A stretch of DNA of 64,000 bases from an uncultured Bacilli bacterium (GCA_934162195.1 CAKPHO010000001.1:17281-81280), one strand, 5' to 3'. Positions 19,691 through 31,602 are shown, numbered from the stretch's first letter. A program made the numbers and translations. Notes: generated from the letters alone by a model not told the origin.

Positions 19691-20641
19691 TTAGTCTTCA
19701 TCACGGAATCTAAGTCCCATATCTTTAATTTTATCAATAACTTCTTTAAGAGATTTTTTACCTAAGTTACGAATCTTCATCATTTCAAGTTCTGATTTTT
19801 CTGTTAAATCACCTAAAGTATTAATTCCTGCTCTTTTTAAACAGTTATAAGCTCTTACTGAGAAATCTAAATCATCAATTGATGTTTCTAATTTCTTTAA
19901 TTTGCTATCTTCTTGTTTAGCATTCATAATACCTGTTACATCAGCGATTTCACTTAAATTTGTAATGATATTTAAATGTTCAATTAATATTTTAGCACTT
20001 AAAGCCATAGCTTCTTCTGGTCTAATAGCACCGTTAGTTTGAACATTCATAATTAATTTATCATAATTTGCATCTTGACCAACACGAGCATTATCAACTT
20101 CGTAGTTAATTCTTTCGATTGGTGAATAAAGTGCATCTATTGGAATATAACCAATCTTATTATTTTCAGTATATTTCTTATTTTCTGTAGATGGAACATA
20201 TCCGCGACCATTGTCAACAATCATTTCCATATCAAGTTTTCCACCTTTTGCTAAAGTAGCAATTACTTGATCTTTATTAATGATTTCTACATCACTATCT
20301 GTTTCAATGTCATCTGCTGTAACAACTCTTTCTTCAGATACAGAAAGACGAATTACTTTTTGCTCATCAGTGTGGTTCTTTACAACAACATTTTTTAAAT
20401 TTAAGATAATAGACGTTACATCTTCTACAACACCATCTAATGTTTGGAATTCATGCATTGCCCCTTCAATTTTAACAGCAACAATTGCACTACCAGGCAT
20501 ACTTGATAACATTACTCTTCTAAGAGCATTACCAATAGTAGTACCAAATCCTCTTTCTAATGGTTCTAATTCAAATTTACCGAAATTATTATTTTCAACA
20601 TAATCTGTTATTTTATATATTGGTTTTTCAAAATTTAACAT
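19691..20641 (-). CDS. rpoA: DNA-directed RNA polymerase alpha subunit
   Basis: GFGTTIGNALRRVMLSS..., C-terminal domain with SVRAYNCLKRAGI. Confidence 0.96.
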   Translation of the reverse strand: MLNFEKPIYKITDYVENNNFGKFELEPLERGFGTTIGNALRRVMLSSMPGSAIVAVKIEGAMHEFQTLDGVVEDVTSIILNLKNVVVKNHTDEQKVIRLSVSEERVVTADDIETDSDVEIINKDQVIATLAKGGKLDMEMIVDNGRGYVPSTENKKYTENNKIGYIPIDALYSPIERINYEVDNARVGQDANYDKLIMNVQTNGAIRPEEAMALSAKILIEHLNIITNLSEIADVTGIMNAKQEDSKLKKLETSIDDLDFSVRAYNCLKRAGINTLGDLTEKSELEMMKIRNLGKKSLKEVIDKIKDMGLRFRDED

Positions 20642-20659
20642 TTAAAGCACTCCTTTCTT

Positions 20660-21043
20660 TTATCCACGTGGACGTTTTGGTGGACGACATCCATTATGTG
20701 GTATAGGTGTTACATCAGAAATTGAAGTAACTTCAAGGCCAGCTGTTTGTAATGAACGAATTGCAGTTTCACGACCTGATCCTAATCCTTTTACAAATAC
20801 TTGTACTTTTCTCATTCCCATATCAAATGCAGCTTTTCCTGCAGCTTCAGCTGACATACCAGCAGCAAATGGAGTGGATTTTTTACTTCCTTTAAATCCT
20901 AATGTTCCAGCAGATGCCCAACTAATAGCATTACCGTCTACATCAGAAATAGTAACTATTGTATTATTAAAAGTTGAATGAATGAATGCTTTACCTTCTG
21001 GCACATTCTTTTTAACTTTACGTTTTCTTGGTTTATAAGCCAT
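20660..21043 (-). CDS. rpsK: 30S ribosomal protein S11
   Basis: [14 protein letters not shown]...[13 protein letters not shown]...[15 protein letters not shown]. Confidence 0.96.
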   Translation of the reverse strand: MAYKPRKRKVKKNVPEGKAFIHSTFNNTIVTISDVDGNAISWASAGTLGFKGSKKSTPFAAGMSAEAAGKAAFDMGMRKVQVFVKGLGSGRETAIRSLQTAGLEVTSISDVTPIPHNGCRPPKRPRG

Positions 21044-21069
21044 TTAAATAACCTCCTTTTTAGTTTGCA

Positions 21070-21435
21070 TTATTTTTTCTTATTTGCAACTACTTTACCT
21101 TTACCCTTACGAGTACGAGCATTTCTATTAGTTCTTTGTCCTCTTACAGGTAAACCTTTTTTATGACGAGTTCCTTGATATGAATTAATTTCCATTTTTG
21201 TTTTAATATTCATATTAACTTCACGACGTAAATCACCTTCAGTTAAATATTTATTTAACTCATCACGAATACGTCCTAATTCATCGTTATCTAACTCACC
21301 AGCTCTTTTATTAATATCAATTTTAGCATCAGCTAATACTTTGTTTGATAGACTTCTACCAACACCATAAATATAAGTTAATGCGATTTCAATTCTCTTA
21401 TTATTAGGTACATCTACACCTTTAATACGTGCCAT
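21070..21435 (-). CDS. rpsM: 30S ribosomal protein S13
   Basis: [26 protein letters not shown]... Confidence 0.96.
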   Translation of the reverse strand: MARIKGVDVPNNKRIEIALTYIYGVGRSLSNKVLADAKIDINKRAGELDNDELGRIRDELNKYLTEGDLRREVNMNIKTKMEINSYQGTRHKKGLPVRGQRTNRNARTRKGKGKVVANKKK

Positions 21436-21449
21436 CTAAACACCTCCTA

Positions 21450-21563
21450 TTAACCTTGTCTTTGTTTGTGTTTTGGGTTTTCGCATATTACATATACTTT
21501 TCCCTTACGTCTAATGATTTTGCATTTATCACAAATTTTCTTTACTGATGGTCTAATTTTCAT
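21450..21563 (-). CDS. rpmJ: 50S ribosomal protein L36
   Basis: Not in the ORF track (37 aa). Hand translation gives [37 protein letters not shown], then TAA. It lies between infA and rpsM as expected. Confidence 0.93.
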   Translation of the reverse strand: MKIRPSVKKICDKCKIIRRKGKVYVICENPKHKQRQG

Positions 21564-21579
21564 AATTAATTCCTCCCTA

Positions 21580-21795
21580 CTATTTTCTATAGGTTATACG
21601 CCCACGTGTTAAATCGTATGGTGATAATTCAACAGTCACTGTATCACCTGGTAAAATGCGGATATAGTTCATACGGATTTTACCAGAAACGTGAGCAATT
21701 ACAGTGTGCTTATTTTCAAGCTCTACTTTGAATATTCCTCCTGGCAATACTTCTAAAACTTTACCAGTCACTTCAATTGTATCATCTTTTGCCAT
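21580..21795 (-). CDS. infA: translation initiation factor IF-1
   Basis: [41 protein letters not shown]...; the start is at the ATG after a GAGGTGA RBS. Confidence 0.95.
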   Translation of the reverse strand: MAKDDTIEVTGKVLEVLPGGIFKVELENKHTVIAHVSGKIRMNYIRILPGDTVTVELSPYDLTRGRITYRK

Positions 21796-21800
21796 TAAAA

Positions 21801-22547
21801 TCACCTCTTCGTTAGTATTTCATACCCATCTTCTGTTACTACTACAGTGTGCTCGAAATGGGCTGAAGGCTTATCATCAGCAGTAATCACTGTCCAATCA
21901 TCATCTAAAAGATAAATATCGGCTGTCCCAGCATTAAGCATAGGTTCTACAGCAATTACCATTCCTTTTTTTAATATTGGCCCGGTTCCCTTTTTTCCAT
22001 AATTTGGAACATCAGGATCTTCATGAAGTTCATTACCAATTCCATGGCCTACTAATTCTTTAACTACACCTAAGTGATGTGCTAAAGCATAAGTTTCTAT
22101 CGCATTACCAATATCTCCTATATGTACGCCTTCTTTAACTTGTTTTAAACCTTCATACAAAGCAGTCTCTGTATGTTTCATTAAATATTTTTTCTCATCT
22201 GATATATGCCCTACTGCATAAGTCCAAGCACTATCACCATGGTAACCTTTATAACAAACACATATATCTAATGTTACTATATCTCCTTCTCTTAACTTAC
22301 GGTTAGAAGCAATACCGTGTACAACTTCTTCATTTATAGATATACAGATATTAGCTGGATATCCTTCATAATGATAACAAGAAGGAAATGCTCCTCTTTT
22401 TATGATATATTCACGAGCTAGCGAATCAATTTTTTTCGTAGTAATTCCATGTTTTAAATAAGGAATTAAATACTTGTGAGTATCACCAACTATTTCGCCA
22501 GCTACGCGCATTAATTCTATCTCTCTTGGAGTTTTTATTGAAATCAT
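21801..22547 (-). CDS. map: type I methionine aminopeptidase
   Basis: Metal ligands sit in the conserved context ([29 protein letters not shown]). Confidence 0.93.
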   Translation of the reverse strand: MISIKTPREIELMRVAGEIVGDTHKYLIPYLKHGITTKKIDSLAREYIIKRGAFPSCYHYEGYPANICISINEEVVHGIASNRKLREGDIVTLDICVCYKGYHGDSAWTYAVGHISDEKKYLMKHTETALYEGLKQVKEGVHIGDIGNAIETYALAHHLGVVKELVGHGIGNELHEDPDVPNYGKKGTGPILKKGMVIAVEPMLNAGTADIYLLDDDWTVITADDKPSAHFEHTVVVTEDGYEILTKR

Positions 22548-22549
22548 AC

Positions 22550-23200
22550 TTATTCTCCTAAGATTTTTACAACTTGTTCATGTGTATATTCTGGAGTTAC
22601 ACTAGAATCAACGTGATAAACATTACCCTTTTTCTCGTAATAACTAATTAGTGGTTCAGTTTTTTCTAGATATGATTTATATCTTTGTTCATAAACTTCA
22701 GCGTCGTCATCGTCTCTATGAGTAAGTTTAGTATTACATACATCGCATAAACCATCGTTTAACGGTTTTGGTGCAGTATTTATATTGTATACTCTACCAC
22801 AACTAGGGCAACTATAACGTCCACTAATTCTTGATTTAGCTATTTCTTTATCAATATCTAAAACAATTACGTATCCTAAGTCTTTATTTATCTCTTTTAA
22901 AATTTCATCATAAGCTTCAGCTTGCGCTAAATCTCGTGGAAATCCATCTAGTATATATCCATTATCACAATCTGGTTGCAATATTCTATTTTTTAAAACT
23001 TTTAATACTATTTCAAATGGAACAAATTCACCTTTATTCTGATATTCTTCAATGATTGAAGCATATTCAGTACCTTGCTTTACAGCATCTCTAAGTAAAT
23101 CTCCAGTTGAAATGTGAGGTATGTGAAATTGTTCCTCTAATTTTACAGCTTCTGTTCCTTTACCAGCTGCAGGAGCAGCAATTAGAATCACACTTTTCAT
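22550..23200 (-). CDS. adk: adenylate kinase (zinc-lid type)
   Basis: GAPAAGKGT P-loop; lid with CPSCGRVYN...CDVCNTKL. Confidence 0.93.
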   Translation of the reverse strand: MKSVILIAAPAAGKGTEAVKLEEQFHIPHISTGDLLRDAVKQGTEYASIIEEYQNKGEFVPFEIVLKVLKNRILQPDCDNGYILDGFPRDLAQAEAYDEILKEINKDLGYVIVLDIDKEIAKSRISGRYSCPSCGRVYNINTAPKPLNDGLCDVCNTKLTHRDDDDAEVYEQRYKSYLEKTEPLISYYEKKGNVYHVDSSVTPEYTHEQVVKILGE

Positions 23201-23201
23201 A

Positions 23202-24470
23202 TTATCTTCTTCTTCCTCTAGTATAATTTCTACTTACTAATTGACTTTCAATTTGTTTATATGTCTCAAGTGCAACACCAACAACGATTAAAAGTCCAGT
23301 ACCACCAATAGTAACACTTGTTGGTAAATTAGTAACCATACCAAATACTATTGGAAGTGCAGCAATAAATGTTAATCCTATAGCACCTACTACTGTTAAT
23401 TTCTTTAAAACTTTTGTAATGTACTTATTTGTTTCTTCGCCAGGTCTAATCCCTGGTATATATCCACCATTCTTATTCAAATTATCAGCCATATCTTTTG
23501 GTTTGATTTGAACGAATGTATAGAAGTATGAAAAAGCAAAAATTAGTACGATATATAATATCAATCCTGTAGGTGAATTTGTTACTATCCATTTATTAAT
23601 AAATAGTGTAAATCCATCTTTTTTAATAAATTGAGCTATAATACTTGGAATTGCTAACAATGCAGATGCAAAGATTACTGGAATAACCCCTGCTGAATTC
23701 AAACGGAAAGGTAAATAATTTTGTTTACCACCAAAAGTGGCATTTGATTTATTTGCATATTGTACTGGTATTCTTCTTTCTGCATTTTCAACAAAAACGA
23801 TACCTACAACAATAATTAAATAAATTAAAACATAAATTATAAATAACACAATTCCTAATAATGTTCCTTGTACACTTGAAGCATCAACAAATCCTCCCCA
23901 TGCACTAGCAAACATATTTGGCATACTAGCAATAATACCTGCCATGATTATTAATGAAATACCATTTCCCACACCTTTAGCAGTAATTTGATCTCCTAAC
24001 CATAGTAAGAAACAAGTTCCTGCTGTTAAGATGATTGAAAATTGCATATAATCCATTGCTGTACCATTTCCAATATAAGCAAATGAATACATATAACCTT
24101 GAACGAATGCAAGTATAATACCTACAACTCTTGTAATTTGATTTAACTTAGCTCTACCTACTCCACCTTGCTCATTTAATTCACTTAAATATGGAATTAT
24201 ATCCATAGATAATAATTGAATGATGATTGAAGCTGTAATGTATGGACCTACACCTAAAGCGAATATTGAGAAACGCTCCATAGCTCCTCCACCCATTACG
24301 TTTAAAAGCTCTAAGAAACCAAGTTGTCCAGTTAACGATTCTTTATCAATTCCTGGAACAATAATTAATGTACCTAACTTAAAGATAAATAATCCAAGTA
24401 AGGTAAATAATATTTTCTTTTGTAAATCTTTATTCTTTGGATTGAATATTTGTTTTACCGAAGCAAACAT
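23202..24470 (-). CDS. secY: preprotein translocase subunit SecY
   Basis: 10-TM protein with the FALGVGPYITASIIIQLL motif, in the spc operon position. Confidence 0.95.
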   Translation of the reverse strand: MFASVKQIFNPKNKDLQKKILFTLLGLFIFKLGTLIIVPGIDKESLTGQLGFLELLNVMGGGAMERFSIFALGVGPYITASIIIQLLSMDIIPYLSELNEQGGVGRAKLNQITRVVGIILAFVQGYMYSFAYIGNGTAMDYMQFSIILTAGTCFLLWLGDQITAKGVGNGISLIIMAGIIASMPNMFASAWGGFVDASSVQGTLLGIVLFIIYVLIYLIIVVGIVFVENAERRIPVQYANKSNATFGGKQNYLPFRLNSAGVIPVIFASALLAIPSIIAQFIKKDGFTLFINKWIVTNSPTGLILYIVLIFAFSYFYTFVQIKPKDMADNLNKNGGYIPGIRPGEETNKYITKVLKKLTVVGAIGLTFIAALPIVFGMVTNLPTSVTIGGTGLLIVVGVALETYKQIESQLVSRNYTRGRRR

Positions 24471-24471
24471 C

Positions 24472-24915
24472 TTAGATCACCTCAGCTTTTCCACCTAATT
24501 TTTCTATTTGTTCTTTAGCTACATTAGAAAATTTATGTGCTTTTACAACTAGTTTTTTCTCTAGTTTTCCATTTCCTAATACTTTAATTCCATCTAGTTG
24601 TTTTTTTACTAATCCCATTTCTTTTAATAACTCTGGAGAAACTGTTGCTCCATCTTCAAATTTATTTAAATCACTTAAATTAATAACAGCATATTCTGTT
24701 TTAAACATAGCATTTGTAAATCCACGTTTTGGTAAACGTCTGAATAATGGTAATTGTCCACCTTCGAAACCTTGACGAACTCCTCCGCCACTACGAGCAT
24801 TTTGTCCTTTGTGTCCTTTACCACTTGTTTTTCCTAATCCAGATCCAATTCCACGACCTACTCTTTTACGAGTAAATGTAGCACCTTCAGCTGGTTTCAT
24901 AGTATGTAACTTCAT
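24472..24915 (-). CDS. rplO: 50S ribosomal protein L15
   Basis: [28 protein letters not shown]... Confidence 0.96.
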   Translation of the reverse strand: MKLHTMKPAEGATFTRKRVGRGIGSGLGKTSGKGHKGQNARSGGGVRQGFEGGQLPLFRRLPKRGFTNAMFKTEYAVINLSDLNKFEDGATVSPELLKEMGLVKKQLDGIKVLGNGKLEKKLVVKAHKFSNVAKEQIEKLGGKAEVI

Positions 24916-24916
24916 A

Positions 24917-25420
24917 TTATAAAATCTCCTCTACTTTTTTTCCACGAAGTTCAGCAACTTTTTCTACTGTTCTTTGTGATTTTAAAGCATCTAATGTTGC
25001 ATATGCCATATTAATTTTTGTATTACTTCCAAGTGATTTTGATAAAATGTCTTTAATCCCTGCTAACTCTAAAACTGCACGTACAGGTCCTCCTGCTTTA
25101 ACTCCAGTTCCGGCAGCAGCTGGTTTTAACATAACTTTACTAGCGCTTCTAACACCAATAGCTTCATGTGGGATTGTTCCATCAACAACTGATACTCTAA
25201 CTACATTTTTTGTAGCGGCTTGAACAGCTTTCTTAATTGCATCTGGAACTTCATTTGCTTTTCCAGTACCAATTCCTACTTGCCCTTTTCTGTCACCAAC
25301 AGCAACTGTAGCAGAGAAACGGAAATGACGACCACCTTTTGTTACTTTCGTAACACGACCAATATTGATAACTTCTTCGTCGAATAATTTTGGGCGTGGT
25401 TCTCTTCTTCTATTTTCCAT
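24917..25420 (-). CDS. rpsE: 30S ribosomal protein S5
   Basis: [27 protein letters not shown]... Confidence 0.96.
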   Translation of the reverse strand: MENRRREPRPKLFDEEVINIGRVTKVTKGGRHFRFSATVAVGDRKGQVGIGTGKANEVPDAIKKAVQAATKNVVRVSVVDGTIPHEAIGVRSASKVMLKPAAAGTGVKAGGPVRAVLELAGIKDILSKSLGSNTKINMAYATLDALKSQRTVEKVAELRGKKVEEIL

Positions 25421-25434
25421 GTATTTTCCCTCCT

Positions 25435-25797
25435 CTAGAATTCTAATCCATTTTCGCGTGCAGCATCAGCTAATGCTTTAACACGACCATGATATAGGTA
25501 TCCACCTCTATCAAATGTTACTTTATTAATTTTTGCAGCTTTTGCACGTTTTGCAAGTAATGCTCCAACTTGTTTAGCAGCCTCTACATTTCCTCCATTT
25601 TCAAGTTTTAATTCCTTGTCAATTGAAGAAGCACTTACTAAAGTTGTTGCTGTAGCATCATCTATAATTTGTGCAAAAATGTTTTGATTTGATCTAAACA
25701 CATTTAGTCTTGGAACAGAAGCAGTACCAACTACTTTAGTTCTAACACGAGCATGTCTAGCTTTACGTACATCATTACGAGATACTTTCTTTATCAT
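25435..25797 (-). CDS. rplR: 50S ribosomal protein L18
   Basis: [27 protein letters not shown]...[20 protein letters not shown]. Confidence 0.96.
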   Translation of the reverse strand: MIKKVSRNDVRKARHARVRTKVVGTASVPRLNVFRSNQNIFAQIIDDATATTLVSASSIDKELKLENGGNVEAAKQVGALLAKRAKAAKINKVTFDRGGYLYHGRVKALADAARENGLEF

Positions 25798-25819
25798 AAC
25801 ATTACTCTCCTTTACTTAA

Positions 25820-26350
25820 CTAAGATGCTTTCTTTCCTTCTTTACGTTGGATATGTTCATCTTTATAACGAATACCTTTGCCTTTATAAGGTTCTGGTTC
25901 TCTTATTTTTCTAATGTTGGCTGCAAATTCACCAACTTGGCATTTATCAATACCTTTTACTGTTAATTCAGTATTGCTTGGTGATTCTAATGTGATTCCT
26001 GCAGGAATTTCAACATTTACAGGGTGAGAATAACCAGCAGTTACAACTAGTTCATTACCTTTTAAAGCAAAACGATAACCAACACCAATTGATTCTAGTT
26101 TCTTTTCATAACCTTCTGAAACACCAATTATCATATTTTTAATATTTGCATTAGCAGTCCCATGGAAATTTTTAAAGTTATCATTTTTTCTTGTAACTTT
26201 TACTTCATTTCCTTCTACTACAACAGTGATATTTCTATTTACTTCTGTAGAAAGTTCTCCCTTAGGACCTTTAACACTTACAATATTACCGTTAACTGTA
26301 ACGCTAACACCTTCAGGTATTGTTAATACTCTATTACCAATACGACTCAT
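25820..26350 (-). CDS. rplF: 50S ribosomal protein L6
   Basis: MSRIGNRVLTIPEGVSV...EPYKGKGIRY. Confidence 0.96.
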   Translation of the reverse strand: MSRIGNRVLTIPEGVSVTVNGNIVSVKGPKGELSTEVNRNITVVVEGNEVKVTRKNDNFKNFHGTANANIKNMIIGVSEGYEKKLESIGVGYRFALKGNELVVTAGYSHPVNVEIPAGITLESPSNTELTVKGIDKCQVGEFAANIRKIREPEPYKGKGIRYKDEHIQRKEGKKAS

Positions 26351-26368
26351 ATTAATCCTCCTATCTTT

Positions 26369-26764
26369 CTACCATATATATGCTAAAACTTCTCCACCAA
26401 GTGATTCTTTACGAGCTTGTTTGTCAGTCATAACTCCTTTTGAAGTAGAAACGATTGCAATTCCAAGTCCATTTAATACACGTGGTAATTCTTCAGCTTT
26501 TGCATAAACACGTAATCCTGGTTTAGAAATTCTCTTAAGTCCAGTAATTACTCTTTCTTTCTTATCACTATATTTTAAATATAATACTATAATACTTTGA
26601 ACTTCGTTCTTTTTAACTTTATAATCAGCTATAAAGCCTTCTTCTTTAAGTATTCTAGCAATTTCTAATTTTAATCTTGAAGCGGGTACTTCAACTTCTT
26701 TGTATCGCATTTGATTAGCATTACGAATTCTTGTAAGCATATCTGCGATTGGATCTGTTACCAT
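26369..26764 (-). CDS. rpsH: 30S ribosomal protein S8
   Basis: [13 protein letters not shown]...GGEVLAYIW. Confidence 0.96.
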   Translation of the reverse strand: MVTDPIADMLTRIRNANQMRYKEVEVPASRLKLEIARILKEEGFIADYKVKKNEVQSIIVLYLKYSDKKERVITGLKRISKPGLRVYAKAEELPRVLNGLGIAIVSTSKGVMTDKQARKESLGGEVLAYIW

Positions 26765-26782
26765 ATATATCCTCCCTTCATC

Positions 26783-26968
26783 CTACCAGCTAGATTTTCT
26801 AACCCCTGGTATTTGTCCTTTATAAGCTAGTTCTCTAAAACAAATACGGCAAATTCCATATTTTCTAAGTACAGCATGAGGTCTACCGCATCTTTCACAA
26901 CGAGTATATTCACGTACTTTGAATTTTGGTTTACGACTAGCTTTTATAATCATGCTTTTCTTAGCCAT
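26783..26968 (-). CDS. rpsN: 30S ribosomal protein S14, zinc-binding type Z (61 aa)
   Basis: [38 protein letters not shown]. Confidence 0.95.
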   Translation of the reverse strand: MAKKSMIIKASRKPKFKVREYTRCERCGRPHAVLRKYGICRICFRELAYKGQIPGVRKSSW

Positions 26969-26986
26969 AATATCCTCCTAATTAAA

Positions 26987-27526
26987 TTACTTTTTGAATG
27001 GCATACCGAATGCAGCTAATAAATCATAAGCTTCTTCGTTAGTTTTTGCTGTTGTAACAAAAACAATATCCATGCCGCGTACTTTAACAACATTATCATA
27101 TTCTATTTCTGAGAAAATCAATTGTTCAGTTAATCCTAAAGTATAGTTTCCTCTTCCATCAAATGCTTTTGGAGATACACCTCTAAAATCACGAACACGT
27201 GGTAATGTAATACTAATTAACTTATCTAAAAAGTTATACATATTTTCTCCACGAAGTGTTACTTTACAACCAATTGCTTGACCTTCTCTAACTTTAAATC
27301 CAGCAATAGCCTTTTTAGCTTTTGTAGCAACTGGTTTTTGTCCTGTAATAATTTCTAAGTCAGCCATAGCAGCTTCTAATAATTTAGCATTAGTTGTTGC
27401 ATCACCAACACCCATATTAACAACTATTTTATCTAACTTTGGGACCTCAGTTACACTTTTATAATTATGTTTTTCTCTTAAACTAGGTACGATTTCTGAT
27501 ACATATTTTTCCTTTAGGCGGTTCAT
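26987..27526 (-). CDS. rplE: 50S ribosomal protein L5
   Basis: MNRLKEKY...[11 protein letters not shown]...[18 protein letters not shown]. Confidence 0.96.
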   Translation of the reverse strand: MNRLKEKYVSEIVPSLREKHNYKSVTEVPKLDKIVVNMGVGDATTNAKLLEAAMADLEIITGQKPVATKAKKAIAGFKVREGQAIGCKVTLRGENMYNFLDKLISITLPRVRDFRGVSPKAFDGRGNYTLGLTEQLIFSEIEYDNVVKVRGMDIVFVTTAKTNEEAYDLLAAFGMPFKK

Positions 27527-27543
27527 ATATACCCTCCTTCCAA

Positions 27544-27852
27544 TTAATCAAGGTTTTCATTAGATTTCTTAGAAACTCTAACTTTTTTACCTTTTTTATC
27601 AGTTGTATGACCAACTCTAGTTCTTTTATTTGTTTTTGGATCAATCATCATCACATTAGAAGCATGAATTGGAGCTTCCATTTCAATAATTGAACCTGCA
27701 GTTTGTCCATTAGGTTTAACATGTTTTTTAACAATATTTGCACCTTCAACAACTACTTTATTTGAACATTTTAGTACTCTTGTTATTTTTCCTTCTTTAC
27801 CTTTAGAAGAACCTGCAATAACAACTACTTTATCTCCTTGTTTAAAGTTCAT
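27544..27852 (-). CDS. rplX: 50S ribosomal protein L24
   Basis: [20 protein letters not shown]... KOW motif, spc operon position. Confidence 0.95.
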   Translation of the reverse strand: MNFKQGDKVVVIAGSSKGKEGKITRVLKCSNKVVVEGANIVKKHVKPNGQTAGSIIEMEAPIHASNVMMIDPKTNKRTRVGHTTDKKGKKVRVSKKSNENLD

Positions 27853-27866
27853 ATTCTACCTCCAAC

Positions 27867-28235
27867 CTATAACACTTCTTTTGCAAGTGAAACAATTTTC
27901 ATAAAATCTTTATCACGTAATTCACGTGCTACTGGCCCGAATACACGAGTTCCAACTGGAGATTTATCATCTTTAATAATAACGCAAGCATTATCATCAA
28001 ATTTGATATAAGACCCATCCTCTCTTCTAAGACCAGATTTACTTCTAACGATTACAGCTTTTACAACCTTACTACGAGGTACTGTTCCGTTAGGAATAGC
28101 TTTTTTAACAGTCCCTACGACTATATCACCAATATTACCTGTTTTTACTTTAGATCCTCCAAGCACACGAATAACCATAAGTTCACGAGCACCTGAATTA
28201 TCAGCAACTTTTAACACTGTTTGTTGTTGAACCAT
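27867..28235 (-). CDS. rplN: 50S ribosomal protein L14
   Basis: [28 protein letters not shown]... Confidence 0.96.
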   Translation of the reverse strand: MVQQQTVLKVADNSGARELMVIRVLGGSKVKTGNIGDIVVGTVKKAIPNGTVPRSKVVKAVIVRSKSGLRREDGSYIKFDDNACVIIKDDKSPVGTRVFGPVARELRDKDFMKIVSLAKEVL

Positions 28236-28260
28236 ATTTAATCCTCCTTCTCCGTTACAA

Positions 28261-28521
28261 TTATAAAATAACTGCTTTTTCTACTATTTCTACTAAACGG
28301 AAATGTTTTGTTTTAGATATTGGTCTTGTCTCAACAATACGTACAGTATCTCCTTGTTGAGCTAAGTTTTTTTCATCGTGAGCAGCATATTTTTTTGAAT
28401 ATTTAACGCGTTTTCCATACAAGTTATCTTTACGATAAGTTTCAACTAATACTGTAATAGTTTTATTATTTCCAGCACTAACTACTTTTCCAACTAACTC
28501 TTGTTTTCTTTTGTTTTCCAT
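28261..28521 (-). CDS. rpsQ: 30S ribosomal protein S17
   Basis: [18 protein letters not shown]...KYAAHDE...[14 protein letters not shown]. Confidence 0.96.
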   Translation of the reverse strand: MENKRKQELVGKVVSAGNNKTITVLVETYRKDNLYGKRVKYSKKYAAHDEKNLAQQGDTVRIVETRPISKTKHFRLVEIVEKAVIL

Positions 28522-28530
28522 AATAGCCTC

Positions 28531-28728
28531 CTAGTTTTCTTTTAGTTCACGTTCACGTAAAATTGTTTTCATACGTGCAACTAACTTTCTTAATTCACGA
28601 ATTCTTGAAGGTTTTTCAAGACTTCCAGTAGCTTGGCTAAAACGTAAATTAAATAATTCTTCTTTATATTCTTCGATTTTCTTTAAAATTTCTTCATTTG
28701 ATAAATCTCTGATTTCTTGATTACTCAT
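28531..28728 (-). CDS. rpmC: 50S ribosomal protein L29
   Basis: [25 protein letters not shown]. Confidence 0.95.
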   Translation of the reverse strand: MSNQEIRDLSNEEILKKIEEYKEELFNLRFSQATGSLEKPSRIRELRKLVARMKTILRERELKEN

Positions 28729-29146
28729 TTACTTCACCATCTTTCTTAACGAATTTACACTTGATTGGAAGTTTGTGCATAGCAAGTCTTAAAGCTTCAC
28801 GAGCTGTTGCTTCATCTACTCCACTAATTTCAAACATAATTTTTCCGCGTTTTACTACTGCTACCCATAATTCAGGTTGACCTTTACCTTTTCCCATACG
28901 AGTTTCCAAAGGTATTCTTGTTAATGATAAATGTGGGAATATGTTAATATAAACTTTTCCTCCACGTTTCATATAACGAGTCATAGCAACACGAGCAGCT
29001 TCTATTTGTTGTTGCGTAATATAGCTACCTTCCATTGCTTGTAACCCGTATTCACCGAAATGAAGAACTCTATTTCCTCTAGCTTCTCCATCGTATTTTA
29101 AACGATGTGGTCTACGATATTTAGTTCTTTTTGGAATGACTGCCAT
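28721..29146 (-). CDS. rplP: 50S ribosomal protein L16
   Basis: [15 protein letters not shown]...[22 protein letters not shown]. The start was chosen at the ATG 8 nt after GGAGG. The longer track ORF (to 29254) is an out-of-frame overlap with rpsC. Confidence 0.93.
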   Translation of the reverse strand: MAVIPKRTKYRRPHRLKYDGEARGNRVLHFGEYGLQAMEGSYITQQQIEAARVAMTRYMKRGGKVYINIFPHLSLTRIPLETRMGKGKGQPELWVAVVKRGKIMFEISGVDEATAREALRLAMHKLPIKCKFVKKDGEVNE

Positions 29147-29798
29147 TCTCATTACCTCCTTTTTTCTTTGAGGCAAGGATTTCTCCTTTGTAAATCCATA
29201 CTTTAACACCAATCTTACCATAAGTAGTATTAGCTTCTTTGTGAGCATAATCAATGTCTGCTCTTAAAGTATGAAGTGGAATATTTCCTTCAGTATATCC
29301 TTCAGTTCTTGCCATGTCAGCTCCACCTAAACGACCTGATACTGAAGTTTTAATTCCTTTTGCTCCTGCTTTCATAGCGTTTCTAATAGCTCTCTTTTGA
29401 GCAATTCTAAATGAAACACGATTTTCAATTTGATGTGCAATATTTTCTGCAACTAATGCAGCTACAACATCTGGGTTTTTAACTTCCATAATAGAAATTT
29501 GAACATTTTCATCAACTAATTTAGCTAATTGACTTCTTAATTTTTCAATTTCATCTCCACCGTGTCCAATAACAACACCTGGTTTTGCAGTATGAATAAT
29601 AACATCTGTTTTTTTAGCTGTTCTTTCAATAACAATACTAGATACAGCAGCATCTTTAAGTTTAGCACTTAATGCTTTACGGATTTTAACATCGTTATTT
29701 AAATACTTAGCGAAATCTTTATTACTAGCATACCAATTAGATTCCCAAGTTTTGTTAATACCAATTCTAAGTCCTATTGGACTAACTTTTTGACCCAC
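29121..29798 (-). CDS. rpsC: 30S ribosomal protein S3
   Basis: [24 protein letters not shown]..., KH domain. The C-terminal tail overlaps the rplP start by about 26 nt. Confidence 0.95.
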   Translation of the reverse strand: MGQKVSPIGLRIGINKTWESNWYASNKDFAKYLNNDVKIRKALSAKLKDAAVSSIVIERTAKKTDVIIHTAKPGVVIGHGGDEIEKLRSQLAKLVDENVQISIMEVKNPDVVAALVAENIAHQIENRVSFRIAQKRAIRNAMKAGAKGIKTSVSGRLGGADMARTEGYTEGNIPLHTLRADIDYAHKEANTTYGKIGVKVWIYKGEILASKKKGGNENGSHSKKN

Positions 29799-29814
29799 GA
29801 GTTTTCCTCCTTAC

Positions 29815-30150
29815 TTATTTATTGTCACTAACAACAATCTTAATGTGACTTGTTCTTTTCTTAATTGGATCTACATGTCCACGTGATCCAAATTTCATTC
29901 TTTTCATTGTTTGTCCTTCGTTAACAATTGCTTCTTTAACAACTAAGTCTTTTTTATTTAACCCTAAGTTGTTTTCAGCATTGGCAACAGCAGAAACTAA
30001 CACTTTTCTAGATAATCTTGAAGCTTCTTTATTAATGTTTTTTAATATTTTATCAGCTTCTTCTACGCTCTTACCACGTATTAAATCTATAACTAAACGG
30101 GCTTTACGAGGTGCAATTCTAACTCCTTTTGCAATCGCATATGCTTCCAT
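29815..30150 (-). CDS. rplV: 50S ribosomal protein L22
   Basis: RIAPRKARLVIDLIRGKSVEEA... Confidence 0.96.
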   Translation of the reverse strand: MEAYAIAKGVRIAPRKARLVIDLIRGKSVEEADKILKNINKEASRLSRKVLVSAVANAENNLGLNKKDLVVKEAIVNEGQTMKRMKFGSRGHVDPIKKRTSHIKIVVSDNK

Positions 30151-30182
30151 TTTAGTCCTCCTTTCTTGGTAACTATTTTGTC

Positions 30183-30455
30183 TTATTTTTTACCTTTTTC
30201 ATCGCCATGTCCACCAAATTTACGTGTTAATGCGAATTCTCCTAATTTATGTCCAACCATATCTTCTGTTACATAAACAGGAATAAATTCTTTACCATTA
30301 TGAACAGCAAATGTGTGTCCAATAAATTCAGGATAAATTGTTGAACGGCGAGACCATGTTTTAATAACTTCTTTTTTTCCAGATTCATTTACTTTAGCTA
30401 CTTTTTTTGTTAAATGAGCATCAACAAAAGGTAACTTCTTTAAACTTCTAGCCAT
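30183..30455 (-). CDS. rpsS: 30S ribosomal protein S19
   Basis: [12 protein letters not shown]...[25 protein letters not shown]. Confidence 0.96.
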   Translation of the reverse strand: MARSLKKLPFVDAHLTKKVAKVNESGKKEVIKTWSRRSTIYPEFIGHTFAVHNGKEFIPVYVTEDMVGHKLGEFALTRKFGGHGDEKGKK

Positions 30456-30472
30456 TAATAATCATCCTTTCA

Positions 30473-31303
30473 CTATTTTGTACGACGACGTACAATTAAT
30501 TTATCACTTGCTTTTTTATTAGCACGAGTTTTGTATCCTAATGCTGGTTTACCCCAAGGAGTAACTGGACCTTTACGACCGATAGGTGCACGTCCTTCAC
30601 CACCACCATGTGGGTGATCATTAGGATTCATAACAGAACCACGAACTGTTGGTTTAATACCCATATGTCTTTTACGACCTGCTTTACCAATATTTACTAA
30701 TTCATGATCTGCATTACCTACTTCACCAATAGTAGCTCTACAAGTACTTAGTACCTTACGAACTTCTCCACTAGTTAAACGAAGCAATGTATATTTACCT
30801 TCACGTCCTAATATTTGAACTGAACTTCCAGCAGTACGAGCAATTTGACCACCCTTACCAGCTTTTAACTCAACATTATGAACTACTGTTCCTTCAGGAA
30901 TATTACCAAGCTCTAATGAGTTACCAACTTTAATATCAGTTTTAGCTCCACTTTCAATTTTATCCCCAACTTTTAAACCTTTTGGAGCGATAATGTATCT
31001 TTTTTCTCCATCAGCATAATTAATTAAAGCAATGTTAGCAGTACGGTTTGGATCGTATTCAATAGTAGCAACAGTTCCAACAACACCGTCTTTATCTCTT
31101 TTAAAATCAATAATACGATATTTTCTTTTAGCTCCGCCACCACGATGTCTCAAAGTAATTTTACCTTGATTATTACGTCCACCATTTTTCTTTAAAGTAA
31201 CAACTAATGATTTTTCAGGAACTGAAGTAGTGATTTCATCGTTGATCAACTTTGACATACCACGAGTACCATTAGTCATAGGTTTGTATGTTTTTATTGC
31301 CAT
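30473..31303 (-). CDS. rplB: 50S ribosomal protein L2
   Basis: [15 protein letters not shown]...[17 protein letters not shown]. Confidence 0.97.
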   Translation of the reverse strand: MAIKTYKPMTNGTRGMSKLINDEITTSVPEKSLVVTLKKNGGRNNQGKITLRHRGGGAKRKYRIIDFKRDKDGVVGTVATIEYDPNRTANIALINYADGEKRYIIAPKGLKVGDKIESGAKTDIKVGNSLELGNIPEGTVVHNVELKAGKGGQIARTAGSSVQILGREGKYTLLRLTSGEVRKVLSTCRATIGEVGNADHELVNIGKAGRKRHMGIKPTVRGSVMNPNDHPHGGGEGRAPIGRKGPVTPWGKPALGYKTRANKKASDKLIVRRRTK

Positions 31304-31320
31304 ATATATCCTCCTTTAGA

Positions 31321-31602
31321 TTAGTTTAGTTCGATTGAACTACCTTCTCTTAATTTAACAATTGCTTTTTTTACTTTATTTGTTTTTCCTGTATATCTAC
31401 CAACTCTTTTTTTCTTTGGTTTAACATTTACAGTATTAACACTTTCAACTTTTACGTTGAATATTTTTTCTACAGCTTGTTTAATTTGAACTTTATTTGC
31501 ATCTGTAGCAACACTAAATGTAATAGTGTTTTTATTTTGTGCTAAATCAGCACTTTTTTCTGTAATAATTGGCGCTTTAATAATATCTCTATAGTTATTC
31601 AT
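31321..31602 (-). CDS. rplW: 50S ribosomal protein L23
   Basis: [11 protein letters not shown]...[25 protein letters not shown]. Confidence 0.95.
   Translation of the reverse strand: MNNYRDIIKAPIITEKSADLAQNKNTITFSVATDANKVQIKQAVEKIFNVKVESVNTVNVKPKKKRVGRYTGKTNKVKKAIVKLREGSSIELN

Noticed and set aside
20280-20603. Plus-strand ORFs antisense to highly conserved minus-strand genes. Examples: 20280..20603 in rpoA, 24220..24498 in secY, 26226..26507 in rplF/rpsH, 29969..30172 in rplV, 31678..31884 in rplD, and 56822..57121 and 58151..58336 in mfd.
   Set aside because: They lie entirely inside confidently identified genes on the other strand, have low-complexity translations, and show no RBS context. 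They are typical shadow ORFs of AT-rich DNA.
28721-29254. The 177-aa version of rplP with a 36-aa N-terminal extension given by the ORF track.
   Set aside because: The extension is an out-of-frame read through the end of rpsC. The canonical L16 N-terminus ([12 protein letters not shown]) starts at an ATG 8 nt after GGAGG.
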